Shown here: positions 27,844 to 37,594 of the stretch, piece after piece
How positions within the stretch are numbered: position 1 is the first letter of the stretch
How the letters are laid out: the number at the start of each line of letters is the position of its first letter
Assembly: GCA_964631325.1 (NCBI GenBank)
Contig: CAZVWJ010000012.1
Coordinates: forward strand, 224 to 64,223
Direction: 5' to 3'
Length of the DNA stretch: 64,000 bases
Source: an uncultured bacterium
GTDB lineage: Bacteria > T1Sed10-126
Program-made: the position numbers and the translations under genes
Notes under the pieces: model-generated
Database searches by the model: none
Seen by the model: only the letters and a program-made list of their open reading frames with translations
Told to the model about the DNA's origin: nothing

Positions 27844-28121
27844 CTCTCCCAGGCCGTGATAAAATCACTGGAGTAAAATTCTGTCTCCGGTAATAGTTTA
27901 ACACATACTGTTAGCCTTTTTCCACTTTGTGTTTGTCCTTTAACAACATAATCCGCGGCGGCTCTTCTTTTATTCTTATAAACTGAGCGGTTTGGGTCTT
28001 GTAAAACTTCAACAATATCCTCAGGCGTAATATGACCTCGCCCTGATTTTTTCCGGACGTGTTGTATCCGTTTTTGCCGAATTTTAACCGGCATAAAATC
28101 AATTTTCAAAATTAACTCCAC
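27840..28121 (-). CDS. small basic protein, DUF4258-like (toxin-like) candidate
   Basis: 93 aa; pattern H..KK.GRGHITPEDIVEVL....V......AADYVVKG....GKRLTVCVKL resembles DUF4258 small proteins; assignment from memory only. Confidence 0.35.
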   Translation of the reverse strand: MELILKIDFMPVKIRQKRIQHVRKKSGRGHITPEDIVEVLQDPNRSVYKNKRRAAADYVVKGQTQSGKRLTVCVKLLPETEFYSSDFITAWES

Positions 28122-28328
28122 CCTTTTGATATTTTATCCCCGGAAGCTTCCACAATTCCTTCCTAATTACTTTCTAAAATCGGGGCTCCCCCTGTAGATT
28201 AATTTTACCTGACTCCCAGAAAAATTTAAATTTTCACGGAAATAAATAATTTTTTAGAGGAACGAGGGGATAAAATCGTGCTGCGGGTTCTGAGTTGCGG
28301 GGTGGAGATCAAGTTCAACACCAAGGAT

Positions 28329-28750
28329 AACGCAAAGGCGCGGAGGCGCAAAGGGGAACGTGATTGAGTGACGAGGGGAAACCGTATACCGTGACGAGGT
28401 GATGGGGGAACTGTCGAAGAGGCGAAGATGCGAGCAGGCAGAGAGGCGGAAGAGCATTGAATCTCGTAATTGAGTAATTGAGTGATTGAATAAAAGCAAA
28501 GGCAAAGGGAACGCGGAAGAACTCGGAGAGGCGAAGATGCGAGCAGGCGGAGAGGCGAAAGAGCATTAAACCTCGTGATGAGGGAAAATCAAAGGGAACG
28601 GCAAAGTCAAAATGGATTGCCGGGTCGAGCCCGGCAATGACGGTCTTTCGTATTCTGAATTCCGGGAGCAAACCCCGGAATGACGTGCTTAATGCTGGAT
28701 CTTCTCGGGGGACGGAGTTTGATTATTGACTAACTTTTTTAGCTCGCAGT
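28329..28750. repeat. composite intergenic repeat block with internal ~115-bp duplication and hairpins (ccgggtcgagcccgg, ccgggagcaaaccccgg)
   Basis: gaggcgaagatgcgagcaggc(a/g)gagaggcg... unit appears twice (28395-28460, 28508-28575); 28550-28644 matches 21860-21960; 28707-28750 matches 16497-16536. Confidence 0.75.
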
Positions 28751-28899
28751 TTGGGGCGAATAGAGACAGCTTTTGGTCGAAATTTATGACTTTTTGTAAT
28801 ATTTGTAGGTTATAGCCTATTAATTCTTGACTTTTAAGTAGGTTTTAGCCTACACTTTTAGTGATTTAATGAAAGTTATAACCTAAGGAGCTGATATAT

Positions 28900-29370
28900 A
28901 TGTCTGAAAGAATGAATAAACTAGCCCTACGGCAGATGGAAAAAAAATTAGATAAAATTAAATTTGATGCCAAAATCCCGGACAAGGGCTGGGTGCGCTC
29001 TATCCGGAAAGCCCTGGGAATGACTTTAAAGCAATTAGCAAAACGAATTGGTGTGACCAGGCCAACGGTTTCCGAATATGAAAAACGGGAGGCGGCAGGT
29101 ACGATTACGCTCAACAGTCTCAGAAAAGCGGCAGAAGGGCTGGGCTGTCGGTTCAGGTATGCCCTGGTGCCGAAGGATAGTAGCTTGAAGGAATTCCGTG
29201 AAAAAGCCGCCCGGAAAGCGGCCGCGAAGCTGGTTGAAAATACTTCCCGCTCGATGGCCCTTGAAGACCAGGAAGTTTCAGAATCGGAAAAAGAGAAGCA
29301 GGTGGAAGAACTAAAACAGGAATTTCTTAATGAGTGGGATAATTCAATCTGGGATGTTGAAGCCGAGTAA
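28900..29370 (+). CDS. XRE-family HTH protein (mobile mystery protein A-like)
   Basis: GWVRSIRKALGMTLKQLAKRIGVTRPTVSEYEKRE HTH; overall resemblance to TIGR02612-type proteins is from memory. Confidence 0.5.
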   Translation: MSERMNKLALRQMEKKLDKIKFDAKIPDKGWVRSIRKALGMTLKQLAKRIGVTRPTVSEYEKREAAGTITLNSLRKAAEGLGCRFRYALVPKDSSLKEFREKAARKAAAKLVENTSRSMALEDQEVSESEKEKQVEELKQEFLNEWDNSIWDVEAE

Positions 29371-29477
29371 TGGTTCCCCCGGACGAAGCGACGCCTTTAG
29401 CGCCGGAGGAACTCGTTTGGGCTGGTTTGTGGTCCAGATTAAAGTCCGGAAATGACAAACTTTAGAAACAAGCTGGG

Positions 29478-31880
29478 TTAGAGGGTTTCGATGGTGGAGC
29501 CCCTGGTTTCGGTGCGGGTGGTGAGCATAACATTTTCCAGGCGATCTTTGACGTCTTCAGCGTGGGTGATGAGGAAAATCTGGTCGAACAAATCATCCAG
29601 GTTTTTGAGGGCCTGGAGAATTTTCAGGCGGCGCTGTTCGTCCTGACTGCCAAAAACTTCGTCAAGGGCAATGAATTTAATTTCCCGGCCGGCCCGGCGA
29701 GCTACCAGCTCGGATACAGCGACCCGCAGGCAGAGGTTAACCAGGTCAGTTTCACCGCCGGAGAAACGGCCGAGCGAGTGCCATTCACCGGAATCTTTTA
29801 CCTGCACATCGTAGTCTTCGCCTATCTTTACTTCGCTGTAGAGACCGCCGGTTGTCCGATCCAGCAGACGGGAGGTCCGGCCGGCCAGGGCGGGACGAAT
29901 CCGCCGGAGTAAATTTTGCCGGAAATCTTCCAGGTAATTTTTGACCCGGTGAAGATGCCGGGACTCCTCACGCAGACGTTCAATCCGGCCCTGTTTTTCC
30001 CGTTCTTCTTCCAGCCGCCTGGCCGTCTGTTCAACCTCTTTAGTCGTGCCGGCAAGGGAGCTTTTTAATTCACTTAACTCCTCCGTCAGTTCTTCTTTTT
30101 GGGAACGAATTTCGTCGAGTTTTTGGCGGGATTCTTTAAATTCAGCCTCATCAAAATCCAGCTCTGTAGTTGCGGTTTTTAGTTCTTCAATTGTTTCCCG
30201 GGTTTCTTCCACTGTCTCCTCGCGGCCCTCAATCTTTTCTTCCAAATCGTCAATTCGTTCAGTTTCAGTTGCCAAATTCTGATAAGTTTCGTGAACCTCT
30301 TCAAGCTCCTCGAATTCACGGGAGACAGCCGCGTAATTTTCTTCGTCAAAATCCACCTCGCCTATTTCTTCAAGTTCAGTTTCCAGGTTTTCGATTATCT
30401 TTTTCAGTTGTTCAATATCTTCCTGGAAAGTATCACGGCGACTTTTAAGATTTTCAAATTGCTGACTTTGTTCACGCAGTTCATCCAGCTTATTATTTTC
30501 CGCTTCCAGGGACTCTTTCAGGCTGGATTTCTCAGCTTCAAGTTCTTCAATTCCTTCCTCCAGCTCGTCGATCTTAGCTTGTTTTTCCTCGATCTCTCTG
30601 TTGAAATGGCCAATCACTTCTTGATAGTCATCACCCAGTTTCTGGGTACAGACCGGACATTCTCCGTCTTCCCCAATATTTTCCACTTCTTCCCGGTCCC
30701 CCTGCAGAGTCTCGACCTGGTTTTCAAACGTTTCAATTTGCTGGCGGTTGCGACTGATTGCTTCCCGAACGTTGGCAACTTCTGTTTCCAGTTCGCCGAC
30801 GGTTGCTTCCTGGTCCTGCAATTTCTCTTCCAGTCCGGCAAAATCTTCAAGGTAATTCTCAACTTCATCCCGGTTCTTTATCTTTGCATTTAATTCCTCT
30901 TTCCGTTCTTCAAGCTGATCAATTTTGTTCTGACGCCTGTGGTAATCGTCCCGGACTTTTTCCAGCTTGTTTTTACGTTTCTTCAGTTCCCGGTAGCGTT
31001 TTTCCCGGTCCTCTAATTCCCCCATTTTTTTCCGTTTTTTCTTAAGCTTTTGCAGTTCGTCTCTTTCGCTTTGTAATTGATTGCTGGTCTCTTCGAGTCT
31101 TGTTTTCTCAGTTTTTAAATCTGCGGCCAGGTCCCGGTAGTGATCGCGAGTTTCAGCAAGCTCGTCGTGGCTTTCCTTTCGGGCTTCGAGCTTATTCTTG
31201 ACCTCCTCCAGCTCCTCTTCCCTGTTCTTTACCTTTTTCTCCTGTTTTTCCGCTTTTTCCTTGAGGGCAGTGAGCTTTTCCTCTAATTCATCAAGATCAC
31301 GCAGGTCTTCTTCCTTGCTTTCAGCGGCCTCACTTTTTGTCTTTGCGTCCCGGCGAGCCTGAAGACGGGCCTCCTTAATCTGGTCAATATCGAGCATCCG
31401 ACTGAACATCTCGCGGCGTTTTTCAGCATTAGCTTCGGAGAGAGCGGCGACTTTTTTCTGCTTGGAAAAAACGCTCTTAAAAAAAGAATCACTCTCCATG
31501 TTTAACATTTTATTTTCGACGTATTCATTCACCCCGGAGACCGACTCCGCGACTTTATTACCGGCGGAGTTTTTCACCCAGCCATGGGGAGTAAGGCTCT
31601 TACCCCGAAAGGACCGTTGGACTTCATAGGGTTCGCCGTCAATTTCAAGTTTCAAAGTGACACGACATTCCGCTGATTCCCCGGCCCCGTCGTAGCGAAT
31701 GGCCGCCTTATCCGTGCGGGAACCGGAGGAACCATACAACACCCAGGCCAGCGCCTCCAGGATTGAGGATTTCCCGGAGCCATTAGGTCCGAGAATTCCG
31801 ACCAACCCATAGGGAAACTCCAGGACTTCCTCTTCAAAACAGCGAAAGTTCTTCAATTCAAGTTCACGGATTTTCATCAA
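29478..31880 (-). CDS. sbcC: SbcC/Rad50-family ATPase (DNA double-strand break repair)
   Basis: N-terminal Walker A GILGPNGSGKSS; long coiled coil; zinc hook GECPVCTQ; C-terminal ABC signature/D-loop (FSGGETDL...LDEVFGSQD). Confidence 0.85.
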   Translation of the reverse strand: MMKIRELELKNFRCFEEEVLEFPYGLVGILGPNGSGKSSILEALAWVLYGSSGSRTDKAAIRYDGAGESAECRVTLKLEIDGEPYEVQRSFRGKSLTPHGWVKNSAGNKVAESVSGVNEYVENKMLNMESDSFFKSVFSKQKKVAALSEANAEKRREMFSRMLDIDQIKEARLQARRDAKTKSEAAESKEEDLRDLDELEEKLTALKEKAEKQEKKVKNREEELEEVKNKLEARKESHDELAETRDHYRDLAADLKTEKTRLEETSNQLQSERDELQKLKKKRKKMGELEDREKRYRELKKRKNKLEKVRDDYHRRQNKIDQLEERKEELNAKIKNRDEVENYLEDFAGLEEKLQDQEATVGELETEVANVREAISRNRQQIETFENQVETLQGDREEVENIGEDGECPVCTQKLGDDYQEVIGHFNREIEEKQAKIDELEEGIEELEAEKSSLKESLEAENNKLDELREQSQQFENLKSRRDTFQEDIEQLKKIIENLETELEEIGEVDFDEENYAAVSREFEELEEVHETYQNLATETERIDDLEEKIEGREETVEETRETIEELKTATTELDFDEAEFKESRQKLDEIRSQKEELTEELSELKSSLAGTTKEVEQTARRLEEEREKQGRIERLREESRHLHRVKNYLEDFRQNLLRRIRPALAGRTSRLLDRTTGGLYSEVKIGEDYDVQVKDSGEWHSLGRFSGGETDLVNLCLRVAVSELVARRAGREIKFIALDEVFGSQDEQRRLKILQALKNLDDLFDQIFLITHAEDVKDRLENVMLTTRTETRGSTIETL

Positions 31881-31923
31881 TAACCCTCGTTAAAAACTCA
31901 CAGATAGAGGCGAATCAAGCAGA

Positions 31924-33090
31924 TCAAACTTCGTCTTCATCACCAAGAGCCCGGCCGAGGTATTTTCGGCCGGTTTCCAGAATAGCCTCTGCTTCCTCGG
32001 CCTCGGCCAGTTCACAGTTATTAATATAATTTTCAAATTCCTGGCGCAAGTCCTGAAATTCCAGGTCCTCCCCGGTGGTCAGCTCTCCTTCTGCTCCGAT
32101 TAACCTAATTTCGCTCTCAAAGACTTGCGTTCTCAGCTCCTGAAGATACTGTTCCTCCAGCAGTGACTGGGTACTCGTATCAAGGTTTTTCACTGTTAAG
32201 GAGAGGAGAGCCTCCGCCCGGGCGATCGTTTCCGGCCACTGATTTTCAATAGTTTCGATCAGTTCATCGACGGAAGATTCAGCCGCATCGATTTGTTCTA
32301 TCCGCAGGAAAGGTCGAGTTTCGATCGGGTGCTCAGTAATTGAGATATCTTCGGCCAGGGTCAATTCCAGAAAACCGGGCTGATAATCAGATTCATTAAA
32401 AGAAAATCGTTCAGTCGCACCACAATAACGGGCATTGATCCGCTTGCTCACTGGCATTCGCTTATGATAATGGCCGAGCGCCAGATAATCCATATCCAGT
32501 GATTCCAGCAGTTCCAGGGGGACGTAGTGTTCGTTAAACTCACCGGAATAGACCTGGTCCCGGACCTGGCGGACGCCGGCGTGCAGGACGAGGAGGTTCC
32601 ATTTAGCTTCCGGGTCCGGCTGGACGGATTTTAACCGCGCCTCGAGCTGATCAGATACAGGAGCGTCAGCAACGGCGTGAACGGTTATTTCTCCCAGTTT
32701 GAAGTCCTGGTAGCCCTCTCCCCGGCTGGTCGGATCGGAAGTTACGGCATTTATTCCGGATAACTGATCAAGCGACTGCATAATTGTGCCAGTAGTGGCC
32801 ATTTTCGGGGTATCGTGGTTACCGGCAATTACGACGGTGGGAATTTCTGCCCGGGATAATCGGGCAAACTGATTAGTGGCTACATTTATTGCCCGGTTGG
32901 TGGGCCGGACCGTATCAAACAAATCGCCGGCGTGCAGAACAAGATTGGGGCCGAGACTAATAATTTGATCAACCGCCCGTCCAAATGCATTATAGACGTC
33001 CTGCTCGCGCTGGTTGACCCCGGTTTCCGGGTCTATTTTATGAAACTGTCGATAACCGAGATGGGTATCGGAGAGATGGATAACTTTCAC
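31924..33090 (-). CDS. sbcD: SbcD/Mre11-family nuclease
   Basis: calcineurin-like phosphoesterase motifs IHLSDTHLG, HAGDLFD, GNHD; immediately upstream of sbcC. Confidence 0.85.
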   Translation of the reverse strand: MKVIHLSDTHLGYRQFHKIDPETGVNQREQDVYNAFGRAVDQIISLGPNLVLHAGDLFDTVRPTNRAINVATNQFARLSRAEIPTVVIAGNHDTPKMATTGTIMQSLDQLSGINAVTSDPTSRGEGYQDFKLGEITVHAVADAPVSDQLEARLKSVQPDPEAKWNLLVLHAGVRQVRDQVYSGEFNEHYVPLELLESLDMDYLALGHYHKRMPVSKRINARYCGATERFSFNESDYQPGFLELTLAEDISITEHPIETRPFLRIEQIDAAESSVDELIETIENQWPETIARAEALLSLTVKNLDTSTQSLLEEQYLQELRTQVFESEIRLIGAEGELTTGEDLEFQDLRQEFENYINNCELAEAEEAEAILETGRKYLGRALGDEDEV

Positions 33091-33168
33091 TAAAAATCCC
33101 TCAAAAAAATCTTAAAGTTTGGCGGCTGGACTATAACCGTACAAAAAGCTTACGTTCTTTACGCAGTT

Positions 33169-33384
33169 TTAAACGGATAGATACAGATATTCTAATTGAC
33201 CCCGGGGGAAAATTAAACTGTTCCGGCAACTACAATTCTGTTTTTCTTCTTTACGGAAAGCTTCTTTACGGCGAGCTTGAAAGTCATTAGCCAGCAAATC
33301 AAAGATATAATAAGAAACTAAAAAACCGGCCAGCAGAACGAGTAAAGAATAAAAATATAGTTTAAACTTAGAAATCCGAGACAT
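33169..33384 (-). CDS. small membrane protein (single TM), uncertain
   Basis: 71-aa ORF with hydrophobic helix upstream of sbcD. Confidence 0.25.
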   Translation of the reverse strand: MSRISKFKLYFYSLLVLLAGFLVSYYIFDLLANDFQARRKEAFRKEEKQNCSCRNSLIFPRGQLEYLYLSV

Positions 33385-33538
33385 AATTTGTCACCGGAGA
33401 TATTTTTTTCTTGCTTTAAATTTGGTATAATTTGTTTATTGTTTATTGAATGAGTGGCAAGATTTAGTAATGCCTATGTTATTGATTTTATCACAGAACT
33501 TTGAGCTTTGAATAGTTTACGATATGAGGTGCTTTAAA

Positions 33539-33901
33539 ATGCAAATAGAAGTATTAAAAGGAAAAATTCACCGGGCGACGGTGACGGACGCTAATTTAAA
33601 TTATACCGGGAGTATAACTATTGATAAAAAGCTAATGGACGAAGCAAATATTTATCCCCATGAACGAGTTCAGGTAGTTAATATTACTAACGGTGAACGC
33701 CTGGAGACTTACGTGATCGAAGGAGAGAAGAACTCCGGAGTAATCTGTCTCAACGGGGCGGCCGCCCGCAAAGCTGCTGTCGACGACAAGGTTATTATTC
33801 TTTCCTATGCCTCAATTGATCCCGCCGAAGCTGAAAATTTCAATCCGAAATGCGTGTGGGTTAACGGAGCAAACGAGATTGCCGACCGGCGGAAGCTCTG
33901 A
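33539..33901 (+). CDS. panD: aspartate 1-decarboxylase (pyruvoyl-dependent)
   Basis: [29 protein letters not shown]... aligns closely with E. coli PanD including Gly-Ser self-cleavage site. Confidence 0.85.
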   Translation: MQIEVLKGKIHRATVTDANLNYTGSITIDKKLMDEANIYPHERVQVVNITNGERLETYVIEGEKNSGVICLNGAAARKAAVDDKVIILSYASIDPAEAENFNPKCVWVNGANEIADRRKL

Positions 33902-34110
33902 GTGAATTCTAATTCGGAAAACTGAAAGTCTTATAGATCACAGATAAACGCAATGTACGGAAAGGAAAAAGCGCGGACAAGTCTAAATACAAAAATCTCT
34001 TAAAACTAAATGAGTCCACTCTAAAAAGGTATTAAACCAATTTTTAAAATCCCAGAAGGACTTTAAAACCCGTTTCCCCCCCATCTAAATAACACGTACG
34101 CGTCACAGGT

Positions 34111-34130
34111 CTTCCCCCCTCAGGGGGGGA
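34111..34130. terminator. GC-rich hairpin (cccccc-tca-ggggggg) between convergent panD and carbamoyltransferase genes
   Basis: seen in sequence; convergent gene ends at 33901 and 34348. Confidence 0.35.
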
Positions 34131-34145
34131 TAATTTTTAGAGGGA

Positions 34146-34193
34146 GCTAATACTCTAATACTTGAAAAATTTTTCAAGTATTAGAGTATTAGC
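34146..34193. repeat. perfect 48-bp palindrome gctaatactctaatacttgaaaaa|tttttcaagtattagagtattagc
   Basis: exact inverted repeat with no spacer, in convergent intergenic region. Confidence 0.8.
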
Positions 34194-34347
34194 CCAGATC
34201 ACCCACGATATTTTAGAATTTTGTGGATGATGTGTATCTACGATACAGCACTCAAGACTGTATGAGCGAATAAATTAAGTTGTAATATTGGCCCGAAAAA
34301 TTACAGTTGTTTTTAATTATATATATTCTCTTTGCTTGAGTGCTGGT

Positions 34348-35265
34348 TTAGTCGGTAGTGACGGTTCCGAGCAGATATTCGAGGATCGCCTGCTGGCTGT
34401 GCATCCGGTTCTCGGCCTGTTCAAAGATCCGGGAGTGCGGGCCGTCCATTACCTCATCGGTCAGCTCCTCGCCTCGATTGGCCGGCAGGCAGTGCAAGAC
34501 AATACATTTCTCTTTTGCCTGTTCAAGCAGAGACGAGTTAACCTGGTAAGGGCCAAAAGTCTCGTACCTCTGCTCGGCTTCGTCCTCGTCCCCCATACTG
34601 ACCCAGACATCCGTGTAGATGGCATCGGCCCCGCTAACTGCGGCCTGCGGATCAGTAGTTACCTCGATCCCGGAATTTCTTTCCTGCATTGGTTTTAGGA
34701 CTTCGTCTTTTGGAGCAAACTGTTGGGGGGCGCAGACAGTAAGGTCAAAACCAAATATTCCGGCGGCATTAATCAGGGAATGGCAGACATTATTTCCATC
34801 GCCGATATAAGTTAATTTAGCCTCTTTCAGACTGCCGGTAACTTCTTCCTGGATAGTCATCACGTCCCCCATTGCCTGGCAGGGGTGACAGAGATCTGTC
34901 AGGCCGTTAATCACGGGAATACTGGCACCGGCGGCAAGATCCTCAACATCACTGTGCTCAAAAGTACGGATCATCATAATATCCACGTAACGGGAGAGGG
35001 TTTTACCCGTATCGCCGATAGTTTCCCCACGAGAGAGCTGAAGTGTTTCTTCGCCCAGGTACATCGACGTTCCTCCCAACCGATGCATAGCCATGCGGAA
35101 GGAAACATTGGTCCGGGTAGAAGGTTTAGTGAAAATCATGGCCAGAGCTTGATCTTCACCCCGGCGTGGAGTTGCTCCCTGTTTTAGTTCAATGGCTCGA
35201 TCAATAATTGACTGCAGGGTTTCCCGTTCATAATCGGTCAGAATAACAAGATCACGTTTACTCAT
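34348..35265 (-). CDS. argF: ornithine carbamoyltransferase-family protein
   Basis: STRTR motif (FTKPSTRTNVSF), HPCQ, HCLP motifs; 305 aa. Confidence 0.75.
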   Translation of the reverse strand: MSKRDLVILTDYERETLQSIIDRAIELKQGATPRRGEDQALAMIFTKPSTRTNVSFRMAMHRLGGTSMYLGEETLQLSRGETIGDTGKTLSRYVDIMMIRTFEHSDVEDLAAGASIPVINGLTDLCHPCQAMGDVMTIQEEVTGSLKEAKLTYIGDGNNVCHSLINAAGIFGFDLTVCAPQQFAPKDEVLKPMQERNSGIEVTTDPQAAVSGADAIYTDVWVSMGDEDEAEQRYETFGPYQVNSSLLEQAKEKCIVLHCLPANRGEELTDEVMDGPHSRIFEQAENRMHSQQAILEYLLGTVTTD

Positions 35266-36455
35266 GTTTCAAGCACCGCCTCAACGTCTTTTAATCCATT
35301 CCCGGTAACCAGACAGACAGCGGGAGTGGGTATTTCGCCTTGATTACTGCTGAATTCTTTTAAACCGGTAATACTGGTTACACCAGCCGGTTCGGCAAAA
35401 ATTCCGGTACTGCTGGCCAGTTCCGGAATCGTATCCAAAATCTCATCGTCAGAAACTGTAACAGCGTCTCCTCCGGTTTCAACCACGGAACGCACGGCCG
35501 CGACACCATCGCTGGGTGAATCTACGGCAATAGAATCGGCCCGGGTGGAAGCAGAAACAGTTTCCATTTCAAAATCCTCCGAAGTTTCCCGGCCGGAATT
35601 AATCTTTTCCACAGTCCGGGCAATTGCGGCGGAAGAATCGCTCTGAACCGCAAAGATTGCCGGGAGCGAGTCAATTAATCCCAACTGCTTGAGGTCGCGG
35701 AAACCTTTCCAGACACCGCTGATAATATTTCCATCCCCGACCGGAACAAAGACTGAGCCGGGGGCCTGGAAACCAAGCTGTTCCCAGATTTCAAAAGAAA
35801 CAGATTTTTTACCTTCGCGGGTAAAGGGATTAAACCCGGTATTCCGGTTAAAATACCCGTGTTCCTCGCATTCCTCCACACAGAGCTGGAAAGCCTCGTC
35901 ATAAGTGCCGTCAACTTTGCGCACGTCAGCGCCATACACTTCCAACTGGGCAATTTTTGCCTTCGGAGCAGAAGCGGGCACAAAAATAATCACAGGCATA
36001 CCGCAAGCGGCTCCCATGCAGGCCCAGGAACAACCGGCATTCCCGGTAGAGGCGCAGGCGACTTTATCAATCCCTTTCTCAATGGCCACAGTCATCACCA
36101 CACTGCTGGCTCGGTCTTTAAAAGAAGCAGAGGGCATTCGGGAGTCATCCTTAAGATAGACAGCACCGGTCCCGGTTTTATTTTCCAGGTCACGAGCCCG
36201 GTAAAGAGGAGTAACTTCCATGTAAAGACGCGGCACATTTTCCACGTCGGCAAAGGGAAACAGGGGACTATAGCGCCAGACCTGGCTGTTGTAGTTTTGT
36301 TTTAAGACCTCAACCGAAAATTCCTCTGAGATTCCCTGGTAATCGTAGTCAGCGTCAAGTTTACCGGAGCATTTACTGCAGATGTAGTCCGCGTAATCAG
36401 CAGGATATTCGGCTCCACATTCCAGGCAGGTAAATCCGGTGTGATAATTAGCCAT
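35262..36455 (-). CDS. threonine-synthase-family PLP-dependent enzyme with N-terminal zinc ribbon
   Basis: PLP-lysine motif SFKDRASS; ASTGNAG motif; N-terminal CLECGAEY...CSKCSG. Confidence 0.65.
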   Translation of the reverse strand: MANYHTGFTCLECGAEYPADYADYICSKCSGKLDADYDYQGISEEFSVEVLKQNYNSQVWRYSPLFPFADVENVPRLYMEVTPLYRARDLENKTGTGAVYLKDDSRMPSASFKDRASSVVMTVAIEKGIDKVACASTGNAGCSWACMGAACGMPVIIFVPASAPKAKIAQLEVYGADVRKVDGTYDEAFQLCVEECEEHGYFNRNTGFNPFTREGKKSVSFEIWEQLGFQAPGSVFVPVGDGNIISGVWKGFRDLKQLGLIDSLPAIFAVQSDSSAAIARTVEKINSGRETSEDFEMETVSASTRADSIAVDSPSDGVAAVRSVVETGGDAVTVSDDEILDTIPELASSTGIFAEPAGVTSITGLKEFSSNQGEIPTPAVCLVTGNGLKDVEAVLET

Positions 36456-36458
36456 GGG

Positions 36459-37403
36459 TTAAGGCCTCACAGTGGTTCCGGCTTCCCCTTCAAGAGCAGA
36501 TTCAATTTGTTCGGGGGAAGTAATGATAGCCTCTTTGCCGCCCTGTTCCAGGTAATCAACAGCAGCTTTAACCTTGGGTTTCATACTGCCGGGGGCAAAG
36601 TGACCTTCTTCGGTGTACTGCTTGGCCTCAGCGACGGACATTTCGTCGAGTTCTTCTTCGTCGGGCTCGCCAAAATTAAGGCAGACCTTATCGACGGCCG
36701 TAGAAATCAAGAAAAGGTCGGCGTCGATATTAGAGGCCAACACAGCCGAAGCTGCGTCTTTATCAATCACAGCTTCAATACCAGCGGTAATTCCGTCTTC
36801 CCGTTCATAGACGGGAATTCCGCCTCCGCCAACGGCAATAACCGAGTCACCGCGATCAACAAGCGCGTTAATTTGGTCTTCTTCAATTATTTCTTCAGGC
36901 TTGGGTGAAGGAACAACTCGCCGGTAGCCACGGCCAGCGTCTTCAACCACGTCCCAGCCGTCTTCTTCTTCGTGCTGGTTTGCTTCATCTTTTTCCATGA
37001 AAGGACCAATCGGCTTGGAAGGATTGGAGAAAGCCGGATCATCTTTATCGACTTTGACCCGGGTGACTACGGTGACAGCGTCCTGGTCAATATCACGGCG
37101 ATCAAATTCGTTTTTCAGAACCTGCTGAAAGGTATAACCAATTGCGCCCTGGGTATCGGCAACGCAGGAGTCCAGGGGAACCTTGTGAAGACCAGCCTGT
37201 TTCTGAGCCAGTTCAGCCCGCAGGAGAATGAAACCAACCTGGGGACCATTTCCATGGGTAACAACCACATTCCAGCCCTTCTCTATCATTCCGGCAATAT
37301 GTTTTGAAGTTGCAACCACGGCCGAATACTGGTCGGGAACACTTTCCTTACCTTCCTCGGCGATTAATGAATTTCCTCCAACTGCAATTACTGCTGTAGG
37401 CAT
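36459..37403 (-). CDS. arcC: carbamate kinase
   Basis: N-terminal AVIAVGGNSL...VVTHGNGPQVG typical of carbamate kinase; 314 aa. Confidence 0.85.
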   Translation of the reverse strand: MPTAVIAVGGNSLIAEEGKESVPDQYSAVVATSKHIAGMIEKGWNVVVTHGNGPQVGFILLRAELAQKQAGLHKVPLDSCVADTQGAIGYTFQQVLKNEFDRRDIDQDAVTVVTRVKVDKDDPAFSNPSKPIGPFMEKDEANQHEEEDGWDVVEDAGRGYRRVVPSPKPEEIIEEDQINALVDRGDSVIAVGGGGIPVYEREDGITAGIEAVIDKDAASAVLASNIDADLFLISTAVDKVCLNFGEPDEEELDEMSVAEAKQYTEEGHFAPGSMKPKVKAAVDYLEQGGKEAIITSPEQIESALEGEAGTTVRP

Positions 37404-37515
37404 TATTTTGCCTCCTTAGAATAAATTAATTTTCTTCGCACACAAATATTCAATCAAGTTAAGCATTAAGAGATTCGTTAAAACAAACCAGTAAAAGAGA
37501 TATATAAGACAATAA

Positions 37516-37557
37516 GATGGCTTGCCCGGACCGGCTGAACCGGTCGGGCAAACCATC
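37516..37557. terminator. long GC-rich hairpin between carbamate kinase and upstream carbamoyltransferase genes
   Basis: gatggcttgcccggaccggctgaaccggtcgggcaaaccatc, ~17-bp stem. Confidence 0.35.
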
Positions 37558-37594
37558 TTAGTTACACAAAAAAGGGGCAGGGTAAAATCTAAAC

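Noticed and set aside
28250-28760. Possible CRISPR array suggested by the repeated ~30-bp units
   Set aside because: The repeats are imperfect and of unequal length, with no regular repeat-spacer periodicity and no cas genes; this fits MITE/REP-like tandem duplication better.
1-29400. Prophage or integrative element with integrase
   Set aside because: No integrase/recombinase, transposase or phage structural genes are present, and no tRNA is found at the borders; the mobility mechanism is unresolved.
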